Source: Octopus sinensis
Taxonomy: Eukaryota
Reading direction: 5' to 3'
Assembly: GCF_006345805.1 (NCBI RefSeq)
Contig: NC_043008.1
Coordinates: 12,338,001-12,402,000 of the forward strand
DNA length: 64,000 nt
The notes beneath the pieces were generated by a model that was not told the origin of the DNA, searched no databases, and saw only the letters and a program-made list of their open reading frames with translations. How positions within the stretch are numbered: position 1 is the stretch's first letter; every line of letters starts with the position of its first letter. Positions 52,548-64,000 of the stretch are shown here, piece by piece. Made by a program: the position numbers and the translations under genes.

Positions 52548-52903
52548 GCTGTTGCTGTTGAGCGAAGCGGTCTTCTGTAGTGGGAGAAGCCCGATACGTG
52601 GTCCTTTGCTATTCGTAAGACCCGCAGAAGAGAAAGCAGGTCAACCCCCGACACCGAGAGCATCGACGGATGGATGAATGTGCATCCAGGCTCAGCGGTT
52701 GCATACGAAGTCGGGGACAAGAAAGTGTGAGAGAAAGTTGGAGCGAAAGAGTACAACAGGGTTCGCCACCACCTCCTGCCGGAGCCTCGTGGCGCTTTAG
52801 GTGTTTTTGCTCAATAAACACACACAACGCCCGGTCTAGGAATCGAAACCGCGATCCTCCGACCGCAAGTCCGCTGCCCTAACCATTGGGCCATTGCGCC
52901 TCC
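52548..52903 (-). mobile_element. Young family D SINE with a different tail (T3, ending (AACAGC)n) and a 13-bp TSD
   Basis: TAATGTTGCTGTT at 52535-52547 and 52904-52916; CpG-rich. Confidence 0.85.
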
Positions 52904-54194
52904 TAATGTTGCTGTTCTTGTTGGTCTTTACTTATTTCTCTGACCCATAAATCACCTGGACTGGTTCATGACAGGTTCATCCCCACCTCTTACTTTCTCT
53001 CTCTCACACACACACATTCATTATGCTTTTTGTGTGTATGTATGTTTTTGTGTGTATAAGTATACATACACACGCATAGAAAACAATTATCTGACTATAC
53101 ACATACACAAATGTTTGTGAGTATATTTAGATAATTGTTATTATCTTTTTTTTGTTGTTGTTCATTATAAAAACAAACTAGAATGAAATAATCGTAATTA
53201 AATTAGCATGGCATCCTTGCTTATCTTAGGATGCAGTGAGAATACATTTAATTGATAATTAAAGCTAAGATGGTGCAAAGTTAATTTCATTTAATTGGAA
53301 GAGCCAATAACGTCGTGTCTATAATCAGAATAAAACATGCTACAATTTAGTTTTAGATTTTGTCTTTTTCAAGAAACACAGTTATCTCATTGATTTCTTT
53401 GCATAATTTGATATAATTTCCTTTCTTATTTCTAATGACTGTGTGCATTCCGCTGTGTTGATTGACTGAAGAATATGCTGTATCCAAACTTGTATGAGAA
53501 CTGTGATTGCTTCAGTTAACAAACTTTCAGATAATTTACTAGGAGGTCAGCAGTTAATGTATTAAAACTACACTGTGTCCATAACTGATGAATCTGCCCT
53601 CATTTGTCACAGGGGTATTGCTTGTCCATGAGGGGCTCTGTCCCATCAGTCTTTGCCCCATCAGACACACGTTCCTTCTCCTGACACCCGAAAAGCTCTG
53701 GTGATGGTTCCACATGATAAGCACTGATGCTAGTGTCATGTAAAGGGCATTGGTGCTGGTGCCATGTAAAAAGTACCACCCAGTACACTCTGTAAAGAGG
53801 GTGGTGTTTGGAAGGGCGCTAGTACTTATTCTATCGGTCTTTTTAGCCGAACTGCTAAGTTACGGGGATGTAAACACACCAGCATTGGTTGTCAAGCGAT
53901 GTTGGGGGGACAAACTCAGACACACAAACATATACACACACACATACATACATATATAACACTTTGAACATATACTTCAAACTATATATCAACTATACAT
54001 GAACTCTAAGATGTCTGACTCCGTTGTGTATTATAAATGAATTTCTTGTGTTTGACGGCATGAGCTGTCTCTTTTTATATATAACTTTTTTTGATAAGGT
54101 TCATTTCAGGAACTGAAACATGTTATAATGTATATAATAAAAATTAAAATTGTATAATACAGCAGCATTTTCGAACTTCATTTTTTACAAATAT

Positions 54195-54230
<36 letters not shown>

Positions 54231-55074
54231 CATACATATATACGACAGGCTTCTTCCAGTTTCTGTCAACCAAATCCACTCACAAGGCTTTGGTTGGCCT
54301 GAGGCTATAGTAAAAGACACTTGCCCATGTTGCCACGCAGTGGGACTAAACCCAGAACCATGTGGTTGGTAAGCAAGCTACTAACCACACAGCCACTCCT
54401 ACGCCTATATAAGCATAATATAGTTCACAATTCAGCTTACCATGTTTATCCCAAGTCAGCAATGATTGAATCAGTGATGAATGGGGCTACATGTTTTCTA
54501 AATACCCTTGTCCAAGAAGCAACAAGTAACTAGATGTTTTCTGTGAGATCTCAAGTATATAATTAGGTTGTTACGCTGCTTTCTACTCCTCTTATAAAGA
54601 AATAACATTTGCTGATCTCCAATCCAGAGAAAGAGTTTGTCTCTTTTATGATTAACACCATTAAAACCAAAATTAAACATCATCCTTGCAGCTATTGAAA
54701 ATCTTTGAATGGAAAAAATCTAAATGAGTCGTGGTGCTACCATTTGTGTCGTTTCAAAGATTGTGTTCCAAGATTAAAACTCTTTTGATACAGATTTGCT
54801 TCAGATTGTCTCCTGATTCTCTGATACAAACTTCCAGTTTTAATGCCATTTAAATCAAAACTGCCGATCAAAATTTCATGCTAATTTATATTCTGAGCAG
54901 TAGCTAAATAATGACAAAAGCTATTTTTGATAAATTCTTCATCACTTCCAAAATTAATTCGAAACAAAAGCAGAACATACTAATAGAAATATGATAACGA
55001 AACAGTTAAATGCTATTACGACACGTTGTGTTATAATGATGTGTAATGGATATCAGACAGAGAGATCTAGGTAT

Positions 55075-55472
55075 CTCTTTTCCTTGTTTCAGTCATTTGA
55101 CTGTGGCCATGCTGGAGCACCGCCTTTAGTCGAACAAATCGACCCCACGACTTATTCTTTGTGAGCCTAGTACTTATTCTTTCGGTCTCCTTTTTGCTGA
55201 ACCGCTAAGTTACGGGTACGTATACACACCAGCATCGGTTGTCAAGCGATGCTGGGGGACACACACACACAAACATATACACATACACACATATAAATAT
55301 ACATATTTACGACGGGCTTCTTTCAGTTTCCGTATACTAAATCCACTCACAAGTCTTTGGTCGGCCCGAGGCTGTAGTAGAAGGCTCTTGCCCAAGGTGC
55401 CACGCAGTGGGATTGTACCCGGAACTATGTGGTTGATAAGCAAGCTACTTACCACACAGCCACTCCTACACC
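55075..55472 (-). mobile_element. Family A SINE, full length
   Basis: Reverse complement of the family consensus seen in the + copies. Confidence 0.85.
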
Positions 55473-55524
55473 TATAACTATTACCTATGAACTATGTTGT
55501 ACAAAGTAAATAACGATACAGACA

Positions 55525-55905
55525 TGGACATGGCTGTGTGGTTTAGAAGCTCATTTGGCAACCACATGGTTTCTGGTTCAGTCCCATGACAAGGCACTTT
55601 GGACAAGTGTCTTGGTTTTCTACTGCATCCCCAAGCTGACCCCTGCCGTGTGAGTGAATTTTGTAGATAGAAGCTGTGTGGAATTCCTTTGTATATATTT
55701 GTGTGCATGCTTATTTGTCTCTTTCCCCACTTGACATTTGGCGTTGGTTTATTTACATCCCCATAACATATCAGATTGGCAAAAGAGACCGACGGATTAA
55801 ACACTAGACTTAAAAAAGAGCACTGGGGTTAATATGTTTGACTAAGCAGTTTAAAGCAATGATCCAGCATGGCCACAGTCCAATGACTTAAACAAGTATA
55901 AAAAG
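55525..55905 (+). mobile_element. Older, diverged family A SINE, head-to-head with 55075-55472
   Basis: catggctgtgtggtttagaagc...ccagcatggccacagtccaatgacttaaac. Confidence 0.7.
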
Positions 55906-55959
55906 AAAAAAACAAACAAGCCATTGAATTACTGTAGCAAATCAAAATTGACAAATAAA

Positions 55960-56890
55960 TTAGTGCAAAGCTAATTATTGCACCTTCGTTAATTAGTAAC
56001 AAAGGTGAAGGTTGAACACCTTTGTGTTTAACAAAGAAATCTTTACCGGTTTTACTGCCAAGGTCAACTTTGCCTTTCATCCTTTTGGCCTTGACAAATT
56101 AAGTACCAGTTGCGTACTGGGGTCGATCTAACTGATTGCCTCCCCTCTCCCCCCAAATTTCGGGCCTTGTGCCTCGAGTAGAAAAGAACAAAGAAACAAA
56201 TGAGATTAACAATCAACAAATTAACTGACGAAGCTAATCATTACACCTTTGTTAATTAGTAACAAAGGTAAAGGTTCAACACCTTTGCAAGTTGTTATGA
56301 GTTGTTTAACAAGGAACTCTTTACCTGTTTTACTGCCGAGGTCAACTTTGCCTTTCATCCTTTCGGGCTCAACAAATTAAGTACCAGTTGCATACTGGTG
56401 TCGATCTAATTGACTGCCCCTCCTCCCCCAAAAATGTTGGGCCTTGTGCCTCGAGTAAAAAAGAATAAAAGAACAAAGCGGATTAACAATCAACAAATTA
56501 ACTGACTAAGCTAATTATTGCACCTTTGTTAATTAGTAACAAAGGTGAAGGTTGAACACCTTTGCGAGTTGTTGTGAGTTTATTAACAAAGGACTCGTTA
56601 CCTGTTTTACTGCCGAGGTTGACTTTACCTTTCATCCTTTCGGTCTCGACAAATTAAGTACCAGTTGCATACTGGTGTCGATCTAATTGACTGCCCCCCC
56701 CAAAAAAAATTTGGGGCTTTTTGCCTAGGGTAAAAAAGAATAAAGAAATAAAACAGATTAACAATCTGCACAGTAACTGACGAAACTAATTATAACACCT
56801 TTGTTAATTAGCAACAAAGGTGAAGGTTGAACACCTTTGCGATGACATTCATGGTTGTGAGTTGTTTAAGAAGGAACTCTTTACCTGTTT
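55960..56890 (+). repeat. Tandem array of about 3.4 units of 263-277 bp, each containing a family B SINE 3' half
   Basis: Anchor ctaat..tt.cacct..gttaattag recurs at about 55970, 56233, 56510 and 56785. Confidence 0.9.
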
Positions 56891-57049
56891 CAATAAAGAA
56901 GCAAAAACAGACTAGCAATCAAGAAACTAACGAACGTGCTTGCCAAGGCAAATTATAGCAAAAGGGAACGAAACCAAACCAAATATTAACATTGGCTTCT
57001 AGCAAACATTTCTTTGTTGTCATTGAAAACAACTGAACAGAAACAGTTA

Positions 57050-57530
57050 AATAACCGGGGTGGGGTCGGTCGGGTGGGAGCAAGTAAAAGGAGAGAGAGC
57101 AAGGAGGAGGAGGAGGAGCGAGGGGGGAATGTGTGAGGGTGACAGAGAAGGAGAGGGCTGGAGGGTCGTGGTGGGTGGAGGATGGATGGGGGGTGTTTAA
57201 TAATGAGATGAAAATCGTTGTGTTGTGTGTGAGAACGTTTTCCGAGCAAGTGGGTGGTGGGGGTGGGGTGGGTTGGGTGGGGCGGGGCGGGGTGGGTGAA
57301 AGAAACGAGAAGAAAGATACTTTAATGTTTGGGATGGAACGCGGGGGTGGGTGGGAGGGGTTTGTGTGTGCGGGTGGTGTGTGCGTCTCGCTGTGAATGT
57401 TCAGGGGGGGAGGAAAAGAGAGTGGGTGGGTGGGGGATATGAAGAAAAAAAAGGAGGGGGTGCTTTAATAACTTGATGGAAACTGTGTGCATTTTAAAGA
57501 GAGTAAGGAGGTGGGGGGGGGGGCGACAGA
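57050..57530 (+). promoter_or_regulatory. G-rich island with GC boxes and G-quadruplex-prone runs; possible promoter or enhancer
   Basis: gggtggtgggggtggggtgggttgggtggggcggggcggggtggg at about 57252-57296, in an otherwise AT-rich window. Function is inference. Confidence 0.3.
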
Positions 57531-57859
57531 CAGACAGACAGTCAGACTGAGAAAGGAGAGAAAATGGAAAGAGAAAACAGTAAACATAATGAAAGATATA
57601 AAAATGCTAAAAGTATTAAAAGAGATTGTTTGATGTTTGGATATTAAAACGGAAAATATTTGGTGAACGGCCATGGTTTAAGGGACAGGAGATTTAAGGT
57701 GGTTCTGAGAGCGGTAAGAGACAATTGTAGAGAACCAGTTGTAGACAGAAAGACAAATTATGGTAAAAAGAGACACTGAATTTCAGAAATGATGAAGAGA
57801 GAAAAACAAAGAAAAGATTACTTGAAGAAGGTTAATTGGTAGTTGTTAGGAATGAGAGA

Positions 57860-58580
57860 GGGAAGGAGAGGGAGAGAGAGAGAGAGAGGAGGGAGAGTGG
57901 GGGAGAGAGAGAGAGGGAGAGCTTAGAAGAAGGAGAGATTATCTGGAGATAAAAGAATCAATGATAGAAGGGTAGAGATGAAAAGATGTAGGAGAGGAGA
58001 GAGATGGAGAGAGAGAGAGAGAGTAGGAAGAGAAAATGGAAGAATGAGAGAGAAGCGAAGAGAGAATGAGAAAGGAGGAGAGAGAGAAAGAGGGAGAAAG
58101 AGGGAAGAGGAAAGGGAAGAATGAGAGAGAAGGGAAGAGAGAATGAGAAGGGAGGAGAGAGAGAAAGAGAGAGAGAGTGGAAAGAAAAAAGGGAAGAATG
58201 AGATAGAAGGGAAGAGAGAGAGTGAAAGAGAGAGAGTGGGAAGGAAATGGGGAAGAATGAGAGAGAAGGGAAGAGAGAGAGAGAGTGGGAAGAAAAAAGG
58301 GAAGAATGAGAGAGAAGGGAAGAGAGAATGAGAAAAGAGAAGAGAGAGAGAGAAAGAGAGAGAGAGTGTGGGAAGAGTAAAGGGAAGAATGAGAGAGAAG
58401 AGAAGAGAGAAAGAGAAAGGAGGAGAGAGAGAGAGAGAAAACATAGATAAAATGTGGAGTATATAAGGCGGTGATTCTATTTGAAATGAGAAGCAAATGC
58501 TTGTTAGGAAGAGAATTTCGGTTATGGCATGCATGTAAGGAGAGAGAGAAAGAAAGAGAGAGAGAAAGAGTAAGAAATAA
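57860..58580. repeat. Polypurine (GA-rich) tract with an imperfect internal unit gggaagaatgagagagaagggaagagag
   Basis: Direct reading; almost pyrimidine-free on +. Confidence 0.9.
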
Positions 58581-59213
58581 ATCACCAATAAAAGACAGAG
58601 AGAAAGCAAAAAGAAGAAGTTTTCTTTCCAAAACAGCAAAACAAGTGTAACAATAAAGCCTTCTGGAATCAACCAAACCAACAAACGAAAATTCTTTTCT
58701 ACTTTCTTTTTGCTCGGATTCTGTGTCTCTTTGGTTCTTTTCTTCACCACGAATTACCAAGATTATGCCACTCAATTTAGAATTCCTGATATTCCAAGAA
58801 AGTTAATTTGCACTCTTTTTCCATCTCTCTTCCAATTACCTTCTCTTAGCTCACTTCTATTTTTTTTCTTTTTTCTTCTTCTTCTTCGTACATGTTATTA
58901 TTTTTATTTTATTGTTATACATTCTATTTTTTATTTTTTTGTTTCTATTTGCATTTTCATTACCTCTTTATAACTCTCCACTCAGCGGGTTTTATAAGAT
59001 TCTCTTTCTGTCTTTCTCCTTTTGTCTTTCTATCATTATTCTCTCCCAAGCTGTCTTATCCTTTTTGCTGACACCATTCTCTCATTCTCTTAGTTCTTTG
59101 CCAATTTTGTTCAGCTACAACTTTCAATTTTGCCGATATTTCATTTACTTCCTCAATCACAATGTCAGGCAATCTGACTATATCAATTACTCACATATCA
59201 TCTCTTTGTTTCA

Positions 59214-59621
59214 TTTATTAGTTCTCTTTATTTTTTCCTTTGTTAAACTTCACAAGAAATTGAAAATGTGTCTTTTTTGCACCATCACAATTTCTTAACA
59301 CCCTGACCATCATCAATATTTGCTGTCCATTTTTTCCATTCTTGCATGAGTCAAACTTTGCTAAGGCAGATTTCTACAACTGGATGCTCTTCCTGTGGCC
59401 AACTCTCACCTCTTTATTAGTTCTCTTTATTCCTTCCTTTATTTCTTTCCTTTGTTAAACTTCACAAGAAAATGAAAATGTGTCTTTTTTGCACCATCAC
59501 AATTTCTTAACACCCTGACCATCATCAATATTTGCTGTCCATTTTTTCCATTCTTGCATGAGTCAAACTTTGCTCAGGCAGATTTCTACAACTGGATGCT
59601 CTTCCTGTGGCCAACTCTCAC
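59214..59621 (+). repeat. Approximately 200-bp tandem duplication
   Basis: tttattagttctc at 59214 and 59413, followed by near-identical sequence. Confidence 0.85.
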
Positions 59622-59807
59622 TTTTTTCCAAGCAAGTTGATATTCCCATATTTTTCACAGAAGACTGGAAACAAACAATCAGGTGATGTCCAAGCAGAGT
59701 TACACACAAACATGCACACTCATATGAACATACACGCACACACACACACACACAGACACATAGATATATACACACACATATATATTCATTTTCATTCATT
59801 TCATTTC

Positions 59808-60212
59808 ATTTACTTGTTTCAGTCATTTGACTGTGGCCATGCTGGAGCACCACCTTTTTTAATCGAGCAACTCGACCCCGGGGCATATTCTTTTGTAAGC
59901 CCAGTACTTATTCTATCGGTCTCTTTTGTTGAACCGCTAAGTGACAGGGACGTAAACACACCAGCATCGGTTATCAAGCAATGCTAGGGGGACAAACACA
60001 GACACACAAACATACACACACATACATATATATTTACATACATATATACGACAGGCTTCTTTCAGTTTCTGTCTACTAAATCCACTCACAAGGCATTGGT
60101 CGGCCCGAGGCTATAGCAGACGACACTTGCCCAAGATGCCACGCAGTGGGAGTGAACCCGGAACCATGTGGTTGGTAAACAAGGTACTTACCACACAGCC
60201 ACTCCTGTGCCT
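59808..60212 (-). mobile_element. Family A SINE, full length
   Basis: Reverse-strand copy with all modules. Confidence 0.85.
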
Positions 60213-60700
60213 ACATTTGCGCATATGTTTGTTTAAAGTAGAGGATGATGCGTACGTGTGCATCTGTTCGCATGCATTTTGCAGGATTGTACATTTGATA
60301 TTAACGAAGAAAGATAAGTTGTTTAAACGGATTACCAGACAATAAAATCCCAGCTGGAAATGCAGCTTCATTTACAGAGTTTCCAAGTGTTTCTGTTTAT
60401 GAGAAACCATTGATGTTTTAAAGCATTGACCCATCTGCAAGAATTAATACCGGTTAAAAGATGAAGAAATATGAGAAAAGGCAAATGATGGCTACAAAAA
60501 TATGGTAAAAGCCCCCCCCTCCCCATGAGATAGATTAAATGAAGTGTATGGCGGGCCGAAACATACCGTTTTTATGGCAAAAATCACTTTGTGTTTCATA
60601 TTTAACTGTTTTATAAACGTTATGTGCTGATGGTGAATACCATCGCTCGTCTAAAAGGGATTGGTTACGGTCGTTGTGTTTCTTTTCACCTGTGTTTCAG

Positions 60701-60751
60701 CGTCGTTCTTCGTTAGTGTCCACCCTCCCGCCACTTGACTTTACTTGTAAT
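60701..60751 (+). other. Candidate 51-nt micro-exon (phase 0 reads RRSSLVSTLPPLDFTCN; phase 1 reads ASFFVSVHPPAT*)
   Basis: Strong acceptor gtgtttcttttcacctgtgtttcag and donor gtaagt at 60752, in non-repetitive, CpG-containing sequence. No homology support. Confidence 0.4.
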
Positions 60752-60849
60752 GTAAGTCTTTTATAACTCTTTGATACTATATAAGCAATGGAAGTGATGC
60801 CGACCTGACCACTCCTCCATATTTCTACTTTTTATGGCACATGACCTAT

Positions 60850-61120
60850 CAAGAATGATGATAATAATGATGATGATGAGGATGATGATGACGTTGGTGA
60901 TGGTGATGGTGATGACGACGGTGATGGTGACGATGATGATGATGGTGATGGTGATGATGATGATCATCATCATTGTAGTGGTGATGGTGATGATGATGAT
61001 AGTGATGATGATGATGATGACGATGGTGAGAGCGACGGTGATGATGATGATGGTGATGATGATGATGATGATGATGACGACGACGATGATGGTGATGGTG
61101 ATGATGACGGTGATGATGAG
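60850..61120. repeat. (GAT/GGT)n microsatellite
   Basis: Direct reading. Confidence 0.95.
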
Positions 61121-61239
61121 GGATTCAGTTAATCTGATCACTAGGACAGCCTGTCCGAGACATTGATGTGCAAGTAGCTAAGCACACTACAGGTACATAT
61201 ACCCTTAATGTTGATCTTAGGGAGAGTGTCACTTGACTG

Positions 61240-61905
61240 GCTCCTGAGCCCGTGTCAGGTAAAAAGCACCATTCAAGTCTGGTCGATATCAGTATTGGCT
61301 GACTGGCCCTCATGCTGGTGGCATGTAAAAATCACCCACTACACTCTCGGAGTGGTTGGCATTAGGAAGGGCATCCAGCTGTAGAAACCTTGCCAGAACA
61401 GATAGAAGTCTGCTCTTAGTCAAACCGTCCAACCCATGCCAGCATGGAAAGCGTATGTTAACTGATGACAACGATGGTGATGATGATTCTGTATGATACA
61501 GAATGTGACAAGGCTGGCCCTTTGTATTACAGGTACTACTCACTTTTGCCAGCTGAGTGGACTGAGGCAACATGAAATAAAACATCTTCCTGAAGGACAT
61601 AGCATGCCACCAGGAGTCAAACTCACTGCCTTACAATTATGAGGCAAATACCTCCACCACTGAGCCACCTACCTTCACAGTTTTATACATATTGATATGA
61701 ATACATACATACACACACACACACTCTCGGAGTGGTTGGCGTTAGGAAGGGCATCCAGCTGTAGAATCTCTGCCAAATCAAGATTGGAGCCTGGTGCAGT
61801 CATCTGGCTCACCAGCCCTCAGTCAAAATCGTCCAACCCATGCTAGCATGGAAAGCGGACGTTAAACGATGATGACGACGACGATGATGATGATGATGAT
61901 GATGA
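61240..61905 (+). mobile_element. Two short family E 3' ends (about 61240-61490 and 61725-61905) interleaved with a split family C SINE
   Basis: Both carry actctcggagtggttggc.ttaggaagggcatccagctgtagaa and a (GAT)n tail. Confidence 0.7.
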
Positions 61906-62259
61906 CACACACACAAACACACACACACACACATAGATATACATGCATGTCTTAAATGGAATGTTTTATTGGTAACGTTTTGCAATCTGTAAAATGTGAC
62001 TATATCAGTGTGTGTGGAAATAATTATAGATTAATCAGCTTCTCCAAAATTTTGCATCTAGAGAGGATGCTATTAACAAAAAAATACAGACGAAGTTGTT
62101 ATGTAATATGAAATATAGTTACAAAACCCCCACTGCAAGTATGCGAATAAATGTGAAGAATCATAAATACTCTGTTTCTCTTGGCCATTCTCTTTTCTAC
62201 TACACACTCAAACACTGTCTTATTCTCTCTCTCTTTTCCTCACACATACACACACGTAT

Positions 62260-62275
62260 GCATGCACACAACACA

Positions 62276-62309
<34 letters not shown>

Positions 62310-62363
62310 TATATATATATATATATATACATGTATATGTATATATATCGCTCTCTCTCTCTC

Positions 62364-62406
<43 letters not shown>

Positions 62407-62445
62407 TATATATACATGTATATGTATATGTATGTAGTGTACGTA

Positions 62446-62508
<63 letters not shown>

Positions 62509-62580
62509 ATATATATATATACATATACATATACATATATATATATATATATATATAGATATATATATATACATATACAT

Positions 62581-62658
<78 letters not shown>

Positions 62659-62690
62659 CATACATATATATACACACACATATATTATGT
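62260..62690. repeat. (TA)/(CA)/(CT) microsatellite
   Basis: Direct reading. Confidence 0.95.
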
Positions 62691-62991
62691 AAAATCTGTG
62701 AATTTCAGTATGTAATGATCTAAAATTCCTGTGTTGGATGTCATTAGAAAAATTGCAGTGTCTGAGATTGGTCATAAACCACTGAAAGAAATCTCGCTTG
62801 CTCACTATAGACTTAATTAACTCGCAGGGTTATGAGTTCCAGCAGATTCTTAGATAAGAGAGCAAAATGATTGCTACGCAAATTAGGTGGATATTCCAAC
62901 AGCAAGCGTATGGCAACAACATTCCCCAAACTCTGCCAGTGTGTGTGCACGACAAAGTTATCTCGGTTTTGCATCTTTTTATATCTTTCAG

Positions 62992-63070
62992 CTGCATCAA
63001 GACAACTTAGTCGATGTATCTCTCGGTGACAGTTATTTCAACTGAAGGCTAGGCTGCTGTTTGCTAACCA
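62992..63070 (+). other. Candidate 79-nt exon; stops in all three frames (phase 0 reads LHQDNLVDVSLGDSYFN*)
   Basis: Acceptor ttttgcatctttttatatctttcag and donor gtgagt at 63071, in unique sequence. No homology support. Confidence 0.3.
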
Positions 63071-63274
63071 GTGAGTTTTTGTTTATTCAACGATATACAA
63101 GCAGATCTACGTTAGATATAATAAACTATTGCTTGCAGTGTTGTTACCTGCATGTATATTTGTCTAACTATCTTGATTAAATGTACCAGAGCTAAACACA
63201 CAGACACACACACACTTATATATACACTGTCAAGTGGTTTGCTATGTATATAGATATATCCAGATAATGCTGGA

Positions 63275-63400
63275 AGAGAAATATTATCGTCTGTTTGGAC
63301 TGATACTTCAATTAGTATATACTTCTTCTCATGGTGGCCCTTGACAATAATATCTGGTTTATTATTCCTCATCTCTCTCGTGTATGTGCATTGATATAGT
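63275..63400 (-). mobile_element. Fragment of an R4/Dong-like RLE (PD-(D/E)xK) domain
   Basis: NKPDIIVKGHHEKKYILIEVSVQTDDNISL matches the N.PDI.......K...LI(D/E)VS.P.D.N motif. Confidence 0.6.
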
Positions 63401-63474
63401 CTAATATAAGATTATTAATACCATTCTCTGAGATGATTTTATCCAACCCCCACCCTCACCCAGTATGATAGGCA

Positions 63475-63885
63475 CAGGCATGATTGTGTGGAAAGAAGCT
63501 TGCTTCTCAACCACATGGTTCTGAGTTCAGTCCCACAGCATGGCATCTTGGGCAAGTGTCTTCTACTATAGCTTAGTGGTAAGGGCATTCGGCTCATGAT
63601 TGTATGGTTGTGAGTTCGATTCCTGGTGACGCGTTGTGTCCTTGAGCAAGACACTTTATTTAACATTGCTCCAGTCAACTCAGCTGTCAAAGATGAGTAG
63701 TACCTGTATTTCAAAGGGCCAGCCTTGTCACATTCTGTGTCATGCTGAATCTCCTTGCAAATTACTACATTAAGGCTACACATGCCTGTGGAATGCTCAG
63801 CCACTTGCACGTTAATTTCATGAGCAACCTGTTCCGTTGATCGTATCAGCTGGGACCCTCGTCATCGTAACTGACCGAGTGCTAT
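63475..63885 (+). mobile_element. Chimera: family A head (63475-63570) joined to a family C SINE with tail T1
   Basis: Junction caagtgtcttctactatag|cttagtggtaagggc. Confidence 0.75.
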
Positions 63886-64000
63886 TATATAATCTTTCAG
63901 TCTCAGTTGTGTGTCTTTCATTCTCCGCTTCTCGGCACATTCTAGGACTTTTCCTTCCTTGTTTTCTCCTTGTTCAGCATTGCAATAACAAAGACCTGAA

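Noticed and set aside
55960-56890. CRISPR-like or other prokaryotic array
   Set aside because: Units are about 270-bp whole-unit duplications of SINE-derived DNA in a eukaryotic context, with no repeat-spacer structure.
58581-58973. Frame with KRK followed by hydrophobic FFSTFFLLGFCVSLVLFF, resembling a signal anchor
   Set aside because: There is no ATG after the upstream stop and no convincing acceptor or donor; the hydrophobicity is explained by T-rich composition.

Overview
This is an AT-rich, repeat-saturated animal genomic window. The repeat landscape looks like an octopus (coleoid cephalopod) genome; that is inference from the SINE and microsatellite content. The only convincing host coding sequence is two + strand exons, 26148-26272 and 32704-32914. 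They have canonical splice sites and phases 1/0/1, and together encode one complete V/I-type Ig domain with the layout of Dpr/DIP/zig-8-like neural cell-surface proteins. The rest is probably mostly intron or flanking DNA. It holds several tRNA-headed SINE families, many 3' ends of an RTE-like LINE with (GAT)n tails, and decayed Penelope GIY-YIG, Tc1, pogo/Tigger and RLE-type LINE fragments. It also holds MITE/foldback elements, local tandem duplications and long microsatellites. The most interesting signal is a set of minimal hammerhead-ribozyme folds of the Penelope-associated type, carried by inverted non-autonomous elements. One is a tRNA-headed (SINE-like) element present as a head-to-head pair at 21514-22165. 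The other is a TSD-flanked foldback insertion at 25676-26005 whose sense arm has a compensatory G3-C8 core. Exon coordinates and hairpin/ribozyme arms were read base by base; repeat boundaries are approximate (about 10-20 bp). Nearly all ORFs in the supplied track are microsatellite or SINE artefacts.
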